Assembly (NCBI GenBank): GCA_964558935.1
Contig: CAZLFP010000003.1
Coordinates: 39,684-103,683, forward strand
Reading direction: 5' to 3'
Origin: an uncultured Gammaproteobacteria bacterium
GTDB taxonomy: Bacteria > Patescibacteriota > Patescibacteriia > 2-01-FULL-39-33
DNA length: 64,000 bases
The position numbers were made by a program, and so were the translations under genes. Below, in pieces: positions 9,372 through 21,015 of this stretch (positions are counted from its first letter, which is position 1; each line of letters begins with the position of its first letter). The notes under the pieces are model-generated. The model was not told the DNA's origin and made no database searches. It saw only the letters and a program-made list of their open reading frames with translations.

Positions 9372-9791
9372 ATGACCCAAAGGACCAAGTTTAAATTAGT
9401 GATCTACCTTATTTTACTCATCATTGGCATTAGCTTGGTGACTTGGTTATGGTTGCATAACCTGGCGGTTCAAAGAGATTATGAGAGAATCTCAGATATG
9501 CGCAACCTGCAAAGCAGATGGCTAAGCTATTTTGCCAAATATAATACTTTTGAGATCTCTCATTGCCAAGCTGGGCGCTTAATATCCAGTTGTGGTGGCG
9601 GCAATGGCCAAGTGTTAGACACAACCGGTTTAGTCGATCCCTTAAACCAAGATCAGTACAGGTATGTGGTGGAAGCTGTGACTCAAGATGATTTTAGCGT
9701 CAGTTTTTATTTGGAAACACAAATTGGTAATTTATTGCCGGGTCAATATCTGTTGGATTCACAGGGAATTTCCATTCCAACTCAATCTTAA
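9372..9791 (+). CDS. Pilin/pseudopilin-like membrane protein lacking the canonical methylation motif
   Basis: N-terminal TM, then RD.ERISDM..LQ, a Cys pair and a DP motif like pilin globular domains. Confidence 0.6.
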   Translation: MTQRTKFKLVIYLILLIIGISLVTWLWLHNLAVQRDYERISDMRNLQSRWLSYFAKYNTFEISHCQAGRLISSCGGGNGQVLDTTGLVDPLNQDQYRYVVEAVTQDDFSVSFYLETQIGNLLPGQYLLDSQGISIPTQS

Positions 9792-9794
9792 ATT

Positions 9795-10577
9795 ATGCTT
9801 CTAATTGTCTTAACTTTTATCTTTGGACTGCTGGTGGGCAGTTTTTTAAATGTGGTGATACTGCGCCTCAAATCTCAAGAGGATATCATGTTGGCCAGGT
9901 CTCATTGTCCCAAGTGCCGAACGACTTTACAGGTGTGGGATTTACTGCCGGTTATAAGTTTTGTGTTGCTCAGAGGCCGCTGTCGTTACTGCCAGACTCG
10001 GATTGCTTGGCAGTATCCACTTATTGAACTGGCCACTGCCAGTTTGATGGCCGGCACCACTTATGTGGTGACTCAAGGTCAAGGTTTAAGCTCTTTGACG
10101 GACAGTTATGCAGTCATTGCCTGGCTGAGAGATTTGTATATTGTCGGACTTTTGATTGTCATCTTTGTGTATGATCTAAAATATTATTTAATTTTAGATA
10201 AAGTCACTTTACCGGCTATAGTTATTCTTTTAATCATTAATTGGTATTTAGGCTGGCCGGTTTTAGACATGCTGTTGGCGGCCGGTTTGGGTGGCGGTTT
10301 TTTTGGTCTGCAGTTTGTACTTTCAAAAGGCCAATGGATTGGAGGAGGGGATTTGCGTTTGGGGGTGTTAATGGGGATTATCTTAAGTTGGCCCAATATT
10401 CTGGTCGGTTTGTTTTTAGCTTATATCATCGGGGCGGTGATTTCCCTGTTGCTGGTGGCTGTTAAAAGAAAAACTGCCAAGTCAGCCGTACCTTTTGGCA
10501 CTTTCTTAACCATTGGCACATATCTGAGTATGTTGTTTGGCAGTCAGATTGTGACTTGGTACCTAAATATGTTATAA
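9795..10577 (+). CDS. pilD: Prepilin peptidase PilD (A24 family)
   Basis: GSFLNVVILR, SHCPKC..GRCRYC, YDLKY, GGGD and VPFGTFL. Confidence 0.95.
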   Translation: MLLIVLTFIFGLLVGSFLNVVILRLKSQEDIMLARSHCPKCRTTLQVWDLLPVISFVLLRGRCRYCQTRIAWQYPLIELATASLMAGTTYVVTQGQGLSSLTDSYAVIAWLRDLYIVGLLIVIFVYDLKYYLILDKVTLPAIVILLIINWYLGWPVLDMLLAAGLGGGFFGLQFVLSKGQWIGGGDLRLGVLMGIILSWPNILVGLFLAYIIGAVISLLLVAVKRKTAKSAVPFGTFLTIGTYLSMLFGSQIVTWYLNML

Positions 10578-10584
10578 TATAGGT

Positions 10585-11112
10585 ATGTTAATGTCTGAGA
10601 AGGGCTTTACTTTTATTGAAATCCTCTTGGTCGTGGCGATTGCGGCCGTGTTTTCTGGTATGGCAATTCTTAATTTCAGAGTCAATGATGCTAACCGCGA
10701 CTTAAATAACCAAGCTCTCATTATTGTCAGTAAGCTTAAAGATATGCAGAATGCGGCTTTAACCGGAACCGTTGCCGGCTCAGGGGTTCAGAGTGAGTAT
10801 CGGGTTAGTTTTGAAGATAACGATGGTAGTCGAGATAGTTTGGTAGTGGGAACAATTGCAGGTTTCAAAGAAACCAAATTGGATTCGAATATAGATATCA
10901 ACTATTATGATGCAGATTATAATCAAGTTTCTATGAGGCTAATGACCATTGCATTTAAACCGCCGAGAGCTGATGTATTCATGAGATTTGGTGGCAATAG
11001 TTATACCCAAAACAGTCTAATCATTGGCCTTAGTCATTCCAACACATCTCAGCAGCGCTTTGTGGAGGTTAATCGTATCTCTGGACGCATCGATATTCGT
11101 AATGAACGTTAA
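10585..11112 (+). CDS. Minor pilin (FimT/GspH-like)
   Basis: KG|FTFIEILLVVAI and a C-terminal SGRI motif. Confidence 0.85.
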   Translation: MLMSEKGFTFIEILLVVAIAAVFSGMAILNFRVNDANRDLNNQALIIVSKLKDMQNAALTGTVAGSGVQSEYRVSFEDNDGSRDSLVVGTIAGFKETKLDSNIDINYYDADYNQVSMRLMTIAFKPPRADVFMRFGGNSYTQNSLIIGLSHSNTSQQRFVEVNRISGRIDIRNER

Positions 11113-11122
11113 GTGATTTATC

Positions 11123-11809
11123 ATGTCTGACATGCAAAAAATGTCTAATCAATCTGGTTTCACCCTCTTGGAACTGTTAGTTGCTCTAACCATTATTACG
11201 GTCGGCCTGTTTGCGGTTTGGAGTTTGTTTTTAGCTAACTATAACTCAGAAAAAGAAGCGCGTAGTCGAGTGATTGCCGTTAATCTGGCTCGGGAAGGTA
11301 TTGAAGTGGTCAGGAATATCCGAGATTCTAATTGGATGAAGATTAATGAAAATGTGTATCAAAATGTTTCGACACCCTACCAATGGTACGATGGATTGCT
11401 GGCAGCAGGAGATGCTACTTCTGTCATTCGCGATCTTGACGGAGAAGCTTATTTGTATTTTGATGCCGTTCACATAGATGATCCATCGTCAGATTTAAAG
11501 TTAAATGACGACGGTTTTTATGTTAACCAAGCTGACGCTTCAGGCGGAAAAAATACTCCCTATCGTCGCATTATTATGACTAAAAGTATTTGCTGTGATG
11601 ACGTGAATATTGTTGATAATCAGTGTGATAAGGATGCTCAAGGTCGGTTTAAACCGTTTACAGGATCCAATGTCGGTGGAGTTTTCCCGCTCTGTAACCC
11701 AGATAACCAGCTGACAATTGGGATTGATGTGAGTGTTGCCATTCGCTGGCAAATAGACGGACAGGATAGGAATCTGGTCGTTAAAGATCAACTTTTTAAT
11801 TGGCGTTAA
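11123..11809 (+). CDS. Minor pilin (PilV-like)
   Basis: SG|FTLLELLVAL and NLAREGIEVVRNIRD; the start could instead be ATG 11141. Confidence 0.85.
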   Translation: MSDMQKMSNQSGFTLLELLVALTIITVGLFAVWSLFLANYNSEKEARSRVIAVNLAREGIEVVRNIRDSNWMKINENVYQNVSTPYQWYDGLLAAGDATSVIRDLDGEAYLYFDAVHIDDPSSDLKLNDDGFYVNQADASGGKNTPYRRIIMTKSICCDDVNIVDNQCDKDAQGRFKPFTGSNVGGVFPLCNPDNQLTIGIDVSVAIRWQIDGQDRNLVVKDQLFNWR

Positions 11810-11811
11810 TT

Positions 11812-12366
11812 ATGTTTAACCAAAGATCACAATCCGGCTTTACTCTAATAGAAATCATTTTATCCATTGGTGTTTTTGCTGTTTTGTCAATCATTATTTC
11901 AGGCATTTATTTAAACACCAGCAATCTGCAAAGAACCACCGCTAATTTTCAATTACTGCAGAACGATGGCCGGTATATTTTGGACAAGATCGCCAAAGAA
12001 TTTAGAGCCAGGGAATTGGATTATACCCAAATTGATGAAAGTATAAACACGGCAATTTATTTTAAACCTGACCAAACCGGCAAAGAGGTGTCTTTAATAT
12101 ATGATGAAGATACTCAAGATTTAATGTATTGGGAAGACAGCTTGTCTGCACCCTTAAACGCGGGTAACGTGGAAGTGATCAACTTGAAGTTTTTGGTCTA
12201 TCCAGCTGAATATGACCCCACTATTTTTGATAATGACTACACTCCCATTTTAAACCAACCCAGACTAACCATCTTGCTCAGTTTAAGAAATCGGGATTTA
12301 GATCCCAGATACCAGCAAGAACTAACCTTGCAAACCACCATCTCAAGTAAAGTTTACCTAAGATAA
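11812..12366 (+). CDS. Minor pilin (PilW/GspJ-like)
   Basis: SG|FTLIEIILSI and C-terminal LQTTISSK; start reassigned to ATG 11812. Confidence 0.85.
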   Translation: MFNQRSQSGFTLIEIILSIGVFAVLSIIISGIYLNTSNLQRTTANFQLLQNDGRYILDKIAKEFRARELDYTQIDESINTAIYFKPDQTGKEVSLIYDEDTQDLMYWEDSLSAPLNAGNVEVINLKFLVYPAEYDPTIFDNDYTPILNQPRLTILLSLRNRDLDPRYQQELTLQTTISSKVYLR

Positions 12367-12369
12367 CCT

Positions 12370-13200
12370 ATGCGTAACCAACAAGGAGTCATTCTGCTGA
12401 TCGCTCTCATCATTATGTCAATTCTGCTATCCACTGCGGTGGCTTTTGGCATTATTATCATGTCTTCTCTCAGACAGGCCAAGGCGACAGATGATGCTGT
12501 GGTGGCGTATTATGCGGCTGATGCCGGGTTGGAAAGAAGCTTGTTTCATCTGAGAAAGAATGATGTGATAAACTTTGTCGGCAGTGATGAAACTGAAGTC
12601 AATTCTCTAAAAGAATATTATAGCGATTATGACGGATTGGAAGTTGAGCTTGGCACTAACCAGGCCAGTTGGAATATTTTAAACTCGTCAGATACTAGAA
12701 GTGCCATTTACCGTCAAAGATTGTTTAACGGCCAGAGTCTTAAGGTGTATCTGTTAAAATTAGATGATTACGTTGGTGGTGAGAATGAGCCCAATAATGT
12801 TTGGATAGATTGGAATCCAATAGATAATCCAGCGGTTAGAATTCAGGTGACTTTAACCAGTTTGACCTATCCGTTTGATATTGAATATAGTCAGGTCTTT
12901 TTTACACCCGGAGAAGAATATATAGAGCTACCGGATTTAGGCAATGATTATGTGTTAGAAATTAAAGTCTTGGGCAATTCAGAAGATGATTTTCTGGATG
13001 AGTTGGAAGTTATGGTGCAGAATGATGCTACTGATTTTTTACAGGGAGAAAATGCTAAATTGTATGTTACCACTTTGCATTCTGAGGGCAATTACCGTGG
13101 GTCCAGGCAGGTTATTCAAGCGGAGATCCCACCTTTTGATCCGGTATCCGGAGTCTTAGGTTTTGTTCTATTCTCAGATCAAGATATTATTAAGCAATAA
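12370..13200 (+). CDS. PilX/GspK-like minor pilin
   Basis: QQG|VILLIAL (no Glu5) and AYYAADAGLE, a PilX N-terminal signature. Confidence 0.82.
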   Translation: MRNQQGVILLIALIIMSILLSTAVAFGIIIMSSLRQAKATDDAVVAYYAADAGLERSLFHLRKNDVINFVGSDETEVNSLKEYYSDYDGLEVELGTNQASWNILNSSDTRSAIYRQRLFNGQSLKVYLLKLDDYVGGENEPNNVWIDWNPIDNPAVRIQVTLTSLTYPFDIEYSQVFFTPGEEYIELPDLGNDYVLEIKVLGNSEDDFLDELEVMVQNDATDFLQGENAKLYVTTLHSEGNYRGSRQVIQAEIPPFDPVSGVLGFVLFSDQDIIKQ

Positions 13201-15187
<1,987 letters not shown>

Positions 15188-15189
<2 letters not shown>

Positions 15190-15215
15190 AAAAACCACTG
15201 AAGCGATTCAGTGGC
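15188..15215 (-). terminator. Rho-independent terminator on the minus strand
   Basis: Minus strand reads ccactgaa-tcgc-ttcagtgg followed by 7 T. Confidence 0.8.
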
Positions 15216-15428
15216 AGTATCAAGGCAAGCACTGCGTGTCATAATGCCGAGTTAGCCGGAGGCAGGCTCACTTAAGAGTGAGCTTGGTTGCCGGTTAGGT
15301 AGCTATGGGGGTAGAAGTGGTCTATCGGCTGACCAGCATTACTTGGCACCCAGTCATCACCGGGTCAAACACCGCAGCTGTTTGCCATCGCAAACAGGCT
15401 CAACCGAGCATTAATACTTACCTTGACT
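15216..15428 (-). ncRNA. Putative structured non-coding RNA, about 213 nt (6S-like or unknown class)
   Basis: Flanked by a sigma70-type promoter and a terminator. The 5' UCAAGGUAAGUAUU pairs with the 3' AGUGCUUGCCUUGA, there are four internal hairpins, and no credible ORF. Confidence 0.65.
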
Positions 15429-15433
15429 TAACA

Positions 15434-15462
15434 ACCATAACACAGGCGTGTTCTGGGGTCAA
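15434..15462 (-). promoter_or_regulatory. Sigma70-type promoter for the putative ncRNA
   Basis: Minus strand: TTGACC-17 nt-TATGGT with a TG extension. Confidence 0.6.
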
Positions 15463-15471
15463 GCTAACCCC

Positions 15472-15501
15472 TTGCCATTTTGAGGTCAACCATGCTAAAA
15501 T
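15472..15501 (+). promoter_or_regulatory. Promoter of gatCA, divergent from the ncRNA promoter
   Basis: TTGCCA-18 nt-TAAAAT with a TG extension. Confidence 0.55.
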
Positions 15502-15532
15502 AGGCCATAGATTGCTGAAACCAACATTTACT

Positions 15533-15826
15533 ATGCAGTTAACCCAAGAACAAGTTGAGCACATAGCTCAGCTAGCCAGATTAAACTTAACTGACCAAGA
15601 AAAGATTACTTACCAACAAGAGTTATCTTCCATTTTGGATTATGTGGATAAATTGCAGGCTGTTGATACAACCAATGTTCAAGAGACTTCACAAGTGACC
15701 GGTTTACAGAATGTAACCAGATCTGATACAGTGATTGACCAAGGATTGAACGAACAACTGTTGGAACAAGCGCCTCAGGCCAAGCATGGCTATTATGTTA
15801 TCCCTAAGATTTTTGACAACAAGTAA
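15533..15826 (+). CDS. gatC: Asp/Glu-tRNA amidotransferase subunit C
   Basis: MQLTQEQVEHIAQLARL..ILDYVDKL..R.D..Y.VIPKI. True start is ATG 15533 (97 aa), not 15305. Confidence 0.93.
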   Translation: MQLTQEQVEHIAQLARLNLTDQEKITYQQELSSILDYVDKLQAVDTTNVQETSQVTGLQNVTRSDTVIDQGLNEQLLEQAPQAKHGYYVIPKIFDNK

Positions 15827-15828
15827 AC

Positions 15829-17292
15829 ATGGATTTACACCAATTATCTGTCCTTCAAGCTTTTGAAGGCTTAAGAGATAAACAATTTACCGCTCAGGAC
15901 TTAACCCAAGCCAGTTTAGATCAAATTGCCCGTTTGGATGAGCAAGTCAAAGCCTATATCACCGTCACTTCAGATTTGGCTTTGCAGACGGCCAAAGAAG
16001 TGGACGCAAAAATTGCTGCCGGGGATGAATTGCCTCCCTTGGCCGGTATTCCGGTTGGCATTAAAGATGTTTTTTGCACACAAGGTGTGACCAGTACAGC
16101 CGGTTCTAAGATTTTGGAACATTACGTACCGGCTCAAAATGCTACCGCTGTGGCTAAATTGGTGGCTAACCAGGCAGTGATGGTGGGTAAAACAAATATG
16201 GATGAATTTGCCATGGGTGGTTCGACTGAGAATTCCGGTTTTTTTCCAACCAAGAATCCGTGGGATTTGGACCGGGTACCGGGCGGCAGTTCGGGTGGTA
16301 GTGCAGCAGCTGTGGCGGCTTGCATGTGTCAGTATGCTTTGGGCACAGACACCGGTGGTTCTATTCGTCAGCCGGCTGCTTTTTGCGGTATTGCTGGATT
16401 GAAAGTTTCCTATGGTCGAGTTTCCAGGAGTAATGTGATGGCAATGGCTTCTTCCCTGGATACCATTGGACCCATGGCCAGGCGAGTGGAAGATCTGGCC
16501 GTGGTTTTGTCTCAAATTGCGGGTTTGGATCCTCAAGATGCGACCACCCCTGATGTGGCTGTACCGGATTATACTCAGTTTTTAAATCAAGATATTACCG
16601 GTCTGAAAATCGGTCTGCCCAAGGAGTATTTTATTGAAGGTATGGATCCGGAAGTCAGACAGGTTGTTTTGGACGCTGCCAAACAACTGGAAGCCATGGG
16701 AGCTCAAGTTGTGGACATTTCTCTACCGCACACTGATTTGGCTGTTGCCGTGTATTATATCCTGGTACCGTCAGAAGTTAGTTCCAATTTGGCCAGATAT
16801 GATGGTATACGATATGGTTTGTCAGACAGAGAGAGTGGCAATTTGGCAGATATTTATCTCAAGAATCGTTCCTTAGGCTTGGGCAAGGAAGTTAAAAGAC
16901 GGATTATGATCGGCAGTTATGCTTTGTCGGCCGGCTACTATGATGCCTATTACAAAAAAGCCATGCAAGTCAGAACTCTGGTTAAACAAGATTTTGACCG
17001 AGCGTTTGAACAAGTGGATGCCATTTTAACACCGGTGGCTCCCACCCCGGCCTTTAAATTGGGTGAGAACATCAATGATCCACTGAAGATGTATCTGGCC
17101 GATGTCTTTACCATTCCTGCTTCTTTGGCCGGTATCTGTGGTTTGTCTTTACCGGCTGGCCGAGTTAATAATCTACCGGTCGGTATTCAGTTGCTGGGCA
17201 AGAGAATGGATGAAGCCATGGTATTGAGAATTGGCCATCAGTATGAGCAAGCCACAGACTGGCATCTTAAACAACCAGATTTAATTCAATAA
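15829..17292 (+). CDS. gatA: Asp/Glu-tRNA amidotransferase subunit A
   Basis: Amidase signature GGSSGGSAAAV, GTDTGGSIRQPA and SSNLARYDG. Confidence 0.97.
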   Translation: MDLHQLSVLQAFEGLRDKQFTAQDLTQASLDQIARLDEQVKAYITVTSDLALQTAKEVDAKIAAGDELPPLAGIPVGIKDVFCTQGVTSTAGSKILEHYVPAQNATAVAKLVANQAVMVGKTNMDEFAMGGSTENSGFFPTKNPWDLDRVPGGSSGGSAAAVAACMCQYALGTDTGGSIRQPAAFCGIAGLKVSYGRVSRSNVMAMASSLDTIGPMARRVEDLAVVLSQIAGLDPQDATTPDVAVPDYTQFLNQDITGLKIGLPKEYFIEGMDPEVRQVVLDAAKQLEAMGAQVVDISLPHTDLAVAVYYILVPSEVSSNLARYDGIRYGLSDRESGNLADIYLKNRSLGLGKEVKRRIMIGSYALSAGYYDAYYKKAMQVRTLVKQDFDRAFEQVDAILTPVAPTPAFKLGENINDPLKMYLADVFTIPASLAGICGLSLPAGRVNNLPVGIQLLGKRMDEAMVLRIGHQYEQATDWHLKQPDLIQ

Positions 17293-17305
17293 TTATTCAT
17301 AACCT

Positions 17306-17932
17306 GTGACTATGGAAGAAGACAAACAAGTTAGTCGTAACCAATTTTGGACCGGTTTCCTGGGGGGAGTGGCCATTGTCTCTGTAATTGGTTTAGTTAT
17401 TCTAGGCGTAGCCTATGTGAGTAAAGATAATAACAATTCAGGCGAGGTGGCCGGTGAACAAGCGGCTCCTGAAGCTCCTGCTCAAAACCAAGCTGCCGGC
17501 CAGATGGAATTGCCCCAAGGTTTAAAATGGGCAGCAGGCGAGGGTATTTCCACATTTTTGGAATTGGAAGCAGCTGAGATTTGCCAACAAGATGGTGTGC
17601 CAATGGTTTTCCTATTTACCACCACCTGGTGTCCGCATTGTTCTTGGGTCAAAGATACTTTTGACACTACCATGCGCGAGTTAGAATCTCAGGGTAAGGT
17701 TAAAGCTTTCCATTATGAAGTGGATACCGGAGACGACACCATTACCGAAGCAGTGGAAAGTGAAGTGCCAGCCGATCATTTGGCGATTTTCAGTCAATTT
17801 AATCCCGAAGGTTCCATTCCAACCTTTGTGTTTGGTTGTAAGTACTTTCGAATTGGCAATGGGCATGAGAGACAAGATGATCTAGCGGCTGAGGCTAAAG
17901 AATTTGAAAGCTTAGTCGATTTAATGCAATAG
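17306..17932 (+). CDS. Membrane-anchored thioredoxin-fold protein
   Basis: N-terminal TM, WCPHC and SIPTF (cis-Pro loop). Confidence 0.8.
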   Translation: MTMEEDKQVSRNQFWTGFLGGVAIVSVIGLVILGVAYVSKDNNNSGEVAGEQAAPEAPAQNQAAGQMELPQGLKWAAGEGISTFLELEAAEICQQDGVPMVFLFTTTWCPHCSWVKDTFDTTMRELESQGKVKAFHYEVDTGDDTITEAVESEVPADHLAIFSQFNPEGSIPTFVFGCKYFRIGNGHERQDDLAAEAKEFESLVDLMQ

Positions 17933-17943
17933 CGTATCAGATT

Positions 17944-17970
17944 AAAGGCGGCTGTTGAGCCGCCTTTTTT
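17944..17970 (+). terminator. Rho-independent terminator
   Basis: aaaggcggct-gttg-agccgccttt followed by a T run. Confidence 0.85.
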
Positions 17971-18015
17971 GTCTGGACAAAAAGCTCCATTTGTGGTAAA
18001 ATCCAACTGTTGTCC

Positions 18016-18105
18016 GGAGAGGTGGCCGAGTGGTTGAAGGCGCACGCTTGGAAAGCGTGTATACGTGTTAATAGCGTATCAAGGGTTCGAATCCCTTTCT
18101 CTCCG
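18016..18105 (+). tRNA. tRNA-Ser(GGA)
   Basis: GGAGAGG acceptor stem, anticodon arm cacgc-ttGGAaa-gcgtg, long variable arm, GGTTCGAATCC T-arm; CCA not encoded. Upstream TGGACA-17-TAAAAT promoter. Confidence 0.97.
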
Positions 18106-18164
18106 CATTTGGCTTTTGTGCATTATGTGCTAAAATACTAGCAGTTAAATCATAACCAGATTTT

Positions 18165-18749
18165 ATGCGTCAAACTTTAGACAATTTAACCAAAGCTTTC
18201 ATTGGCGAATCTCAAGCCAGAAACCGCTACGATTTCTACGCTAAGGTGGCCAGTAAAGAAGGTTACGAAAAAGTAAGTCAAATCTTTGCTCTGACAGCCG
18301 CTCAAGAAAAAGAGCATGCCAAAAGATTGTTTGAACATATTCAGGAAGTCAAGGAGAAATTAAATGAAACCGGCTCAGAAATCGTAGTCGAGGCCCAGTC
18401 GCCCAATGTCTATGGTACGACTGTAGAGAACCTTAAAGCTGCCATGGCCGGAGAAAAATATGAATACACCCAGATGTATCCAGAATTTGCCCAAACTGCT
18501 CAGGAAGAAGGTTTGAACAAGATCGCTGACAGAATGCTGGCCATTGCCAAAGCGGAAGAGCATCATGAAGAAAGATACCAAAAACTGTTAGCACATATTG
18601 AGGCCGGTACCATGTTCAAGCGTAACCAAGAGGTTTGGTGGGTGTGTTTGGAATGCGGTTATATTCATTTGGGCTTGGAAGCGCCGGAGAAATGTCCGTC
18701 TTGCGATCATGACCGAGCTTTCTACGAATTCAAATGTGAAGACTATTAA
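18165..18749 (+). CDS. rbr: Rubrerythrin
   Basis: AFIGESQARNRY, EKEHA, EEHHE and a C-terminal CLECG..CPSC rubredoxin domain. Confidence 0.95.
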   Translation: MRQTLDNLTKAFIGESQARNRYDFYAKVASKEGYEKVSQIFALTAAQEKEHAKRLFEHIQEVKEKLNETGSEIVVEAQSPNVYGTTVENLKAAMAGEKYEYTQMYPEFAQTAQEEGLNKIADRMLAIAKAEEHHEERYQKLLAHIEAGTMFKRNQEVWWVCLECGYIHLGLEAPEKCPSCDHDRAFYEFKCEDY

Positions 18750-18754
18750 TTCTC

Positions 18755-18778
18755 AAGCGGCAGGTTTCTGTCGCTTTT
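18755..18778 (+). terminator. Hairpin between rbr and dfx (weak terminator or stability element)
   Basis: aagcggcag-gttt-ctgtcgctt followed by tt. Confidence 0.5.
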
Positions 18779-18803
18779 GCTCATAAGACATAACTATATT
18801 CGT

Positions 18804-19190
18804 ATGACTAAACTACACGAAGTGTATAAATGTGAAGTGTGTGGCAATATTGTAGAAATGCTTCACACCGGTGTTGGCCAGTTAATTTGCTGTGGCCAAC
18901 CCATGCAGCTGCAAGCGGAGAACACAGTGGATGCAGCGACAGAAAAACATGTGCCTGTAGCTACCCAAACAGAACAAGGAGTTAAGGTGGTTGTTGGTTC
19001 AGAATTGCATCCCATGGAAAACGATCATTACATAGAATGGATCGAAGTCATTACCGGAGCTGGCAGTTTAAAACACTTTTTAAAACCAGGAGATAATCCG
19101 GAAGTGGAGATTAAACTCCAGGGAGAGATTGAGTCAGTCAGAGAATATTGCAATCTGCATGGATTGTGGAAGACAGATCAAATAAAATAA
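18804..19190 (+). CDS. dfx: Desulfoferrodoxin (2Fe superoxide reductase)
   Basis: YKCEVCGN..CCGQPM, EKHVP, HPM..DHYIEWI and YCNLHGLW; start ATG 18804. Confidence 0.95.
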   Translation: MTKLHEVYKCEVCGNIVEMLHTGVGQLICCGQPMQLQAENTVDAATEKHVPVATQTEQGVKVVVGSELHPMENDHYIEWIEVITGAGSLKHFLKPGDNPEVEIKLQGEIESVREYCNLHGLWKTDQIK

Positions 19191-19195
19191 GGTAG

Positions 19196-21001
19196 ATGAG
19201 CAGTCAAACTGAACAGATTAAAGCCAAATTGGACTTGGTTGATTTTATTGCCGGCTACACAAAAATTACACCCGCCGGCATAGATAATTTTAAGGCGGTG
19301 TGTCCTTTTCATAACGAAAAAACACCGTCTTTAATGATCAGTCGGTCCAAGCAAATCTGGAAATGCTTTGGCTGTGGTGCGGGTGGAGATATTTTTGACT
19401 TTGCCATGAAAATGGAAGGTTTGGATTTTAGTCAGGCTTTGCACATGTTGGCCGGTAAAGCCGGTGTTACTTTAGACCGGCAATCCAATCCGCAGTCTAA
19501 CGCGAAAACAAAACTTATGGAAGTCTGCCGTTGGGCAGCTGCTTTTTGGCATAAGATTTTAGTGGACGCGGAGCAAGCACAACCGGTCAGAGACTATTTG
19601 CTCAACAGGGGGATTGAAGAAACCAGTTGGGAAGATTGGCAGTTAGGCTATGCTTTAGATAAATGGGATAGTTTGTACCAATTCTTAATTAAAAAAGGTT
19701 TTAAAGCTCAAGATCTGGTTCAAGCTGGTTTGGTGGTACCCAAAAAAAGCGGAGTTGGCTATTATGATCGTTTCCGTCATAGAATAATTTTTCCCATCCA
19801 GGATGTTAGCGGTCAGGTGGTTGGTTTTGGAGGACGCGCTTTAGATCCTCAGGAGCCGGCCAAGTATCTAAACTCTCCTCAAACTCCCATCTACAACAAG
19901 AGTCAAGTCGTGTATGGCTTGTACCAAGCCAAGAACCAGATCAAGCAGCAGGATGCCGCTATTGTCGTTGAAGGCTACATGGATGTCATACCTTCCCACC
20001 AGCTGGGCATTAAAAACGTGGTCGCCATCTCCGGTACTGCTCTGACAGCTGAACAATTAAAATTACTGAAAAGATATTCACAGAATTTACTCTTAAGTCT
20101 GGATATGGACCAGGCCGGCCAGTTGGCTGCCAAGCGCAGTTTGGAATTAGCTTTAGCTTCGGATTGCAACGTTAATATGATAGTCCTGCCGGCAGGTAAG
20201 GATCCGGGGGAATGCATTGCTCAAGATCCGGCGGCCTGGACCACCGCCATCCAAGCGGCTCAGCCGGCAATGGATTATTTGTTTCAGCAAGCCATGGCGC
20301 AAGCTGACAGTTCCACTCCTCAGGGTAAAAAGCAGATTGTCAACCAATTATTGCCTTGGATTGTTAAAATTGGCAACGGGGTAGAAAAAGATTATTGGCT
20401 GAAAAGATTGGCTCAAGATTTGGCTGTGACTGAAAGTGTTCTAAGAGAAACAGTCAGTCAGTTAACGGTTAATCGTTCCGAGGTACAGACTGAAACTTTA
20501 AAAAAAGAACAACCAGACCAGCAAAGCCAATTGTTTGTTAAAATCATGGCTATTATTCAGTTAATTCCGCCTGAACTACCTCGGTTAATAGACATGATTC
20601 AACCAGTTCATTGGACTTCAGACAGTCTGCAAAACCTTTACAAAAAACTGATAATATTCTATACTAAGAATAATCATGTGTTTAAGGATTTATCTGTGGA
20701 TAAGTCTGGATTTGATGTATATACGTTACTTACCACTAGTTTTAAGGATGATTTAACCAAACAGGAATTGAAAATACTCCAAGACGCTAGTTGGTTGGCA
20801 GACACAGATTACCATGCTCTGTCTGAAACAGATTTGCAAGTAGAGTTGAGGCAGTTAATAAAACTGTTACAGACAAAATATTGGCAGAGTCAGGTCGCTA
20901 ATTTAAAGCAAAAATTACAGCAAGCTGAAGCTCAACAGGATGCTGACCAAGTGAGTCGGATCTATGAGCAGTTAAGTCAATTGTTACATCAGAAAGTATA
21001 A
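19196..21001 (+). CDS. dnaG: DNA primase
   Basis: CPFHNEKTPS..CFGC Zn finger, KYLNSP, EGYMDV and TOPRIM DMD. Confidence 0.97.
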   Translation: MSSQTEQIKAKLDLVDFIAGYTKITPAGIDNFKAVCPFHNEKTPSLMISRSKQIWKCFGCGAGGDIFDFAMKMEGLDFSQALHMLAGKAGVTLDRQSNPQSNAKTKLMEVCRWAAAFWHKILVDAEQAQPVRDYLLNRGIEETSWEDWQLGYALDKWDSLYQFLIKKGFKAQDLVQAGLVVPKKSGVGYYDRFRHRIIFPIQDVSGQVVGFGGRALDPQEPAKYLNSPQTPIYNKSQVVYGLYQAKNQIKQQDAAIVVEGYMDVIPSHQLGIKNVVAISGTALTAEQLKLLKRYSQNLLLSLDMDQAGQLAAKRSLELALASDCNVNMIVLPAGKDPGECIAQDPAAWTTAIQAAQPAMDYLFQQAMAQADSSTPQGKKQIVNQLLPWIVKIGNGVEKDYWLKRLAQDLAVTESVLRETVSQLTVNRSEVQTETLKKEQPDQQSQLFVKIMAIIQLIPPELPRLIDMIQPVHWTSDSLQNLYKKLIIFYTKNNHVFKDLSVDKSGFDVYTLLTTSFKDDLTKQELKILQDASWLADTDYHALSETDLQVELRQLIKLLQTKYWQSQVANLKQKLQQAEAQQDADQVSRIYEQLSQLLHQKV

Positions 21002-21015
21002 TATATTGCTAGTTA

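Noticed and set aside
15305-15532. 76-aa N-terminal extension of GatC in the ORF track
   Set aside because: GatC homology starts at ATG 15533. The extension overlaps two promoters and the antisense structured RNA.
17928-17939. 12-nt match (aatagcgtatca) to the tRNA-Ser variable arm as a possible att site
   Set aside because: It is short, lies upstream of the tRNA, does not match its 3' end, and no integrase is present.
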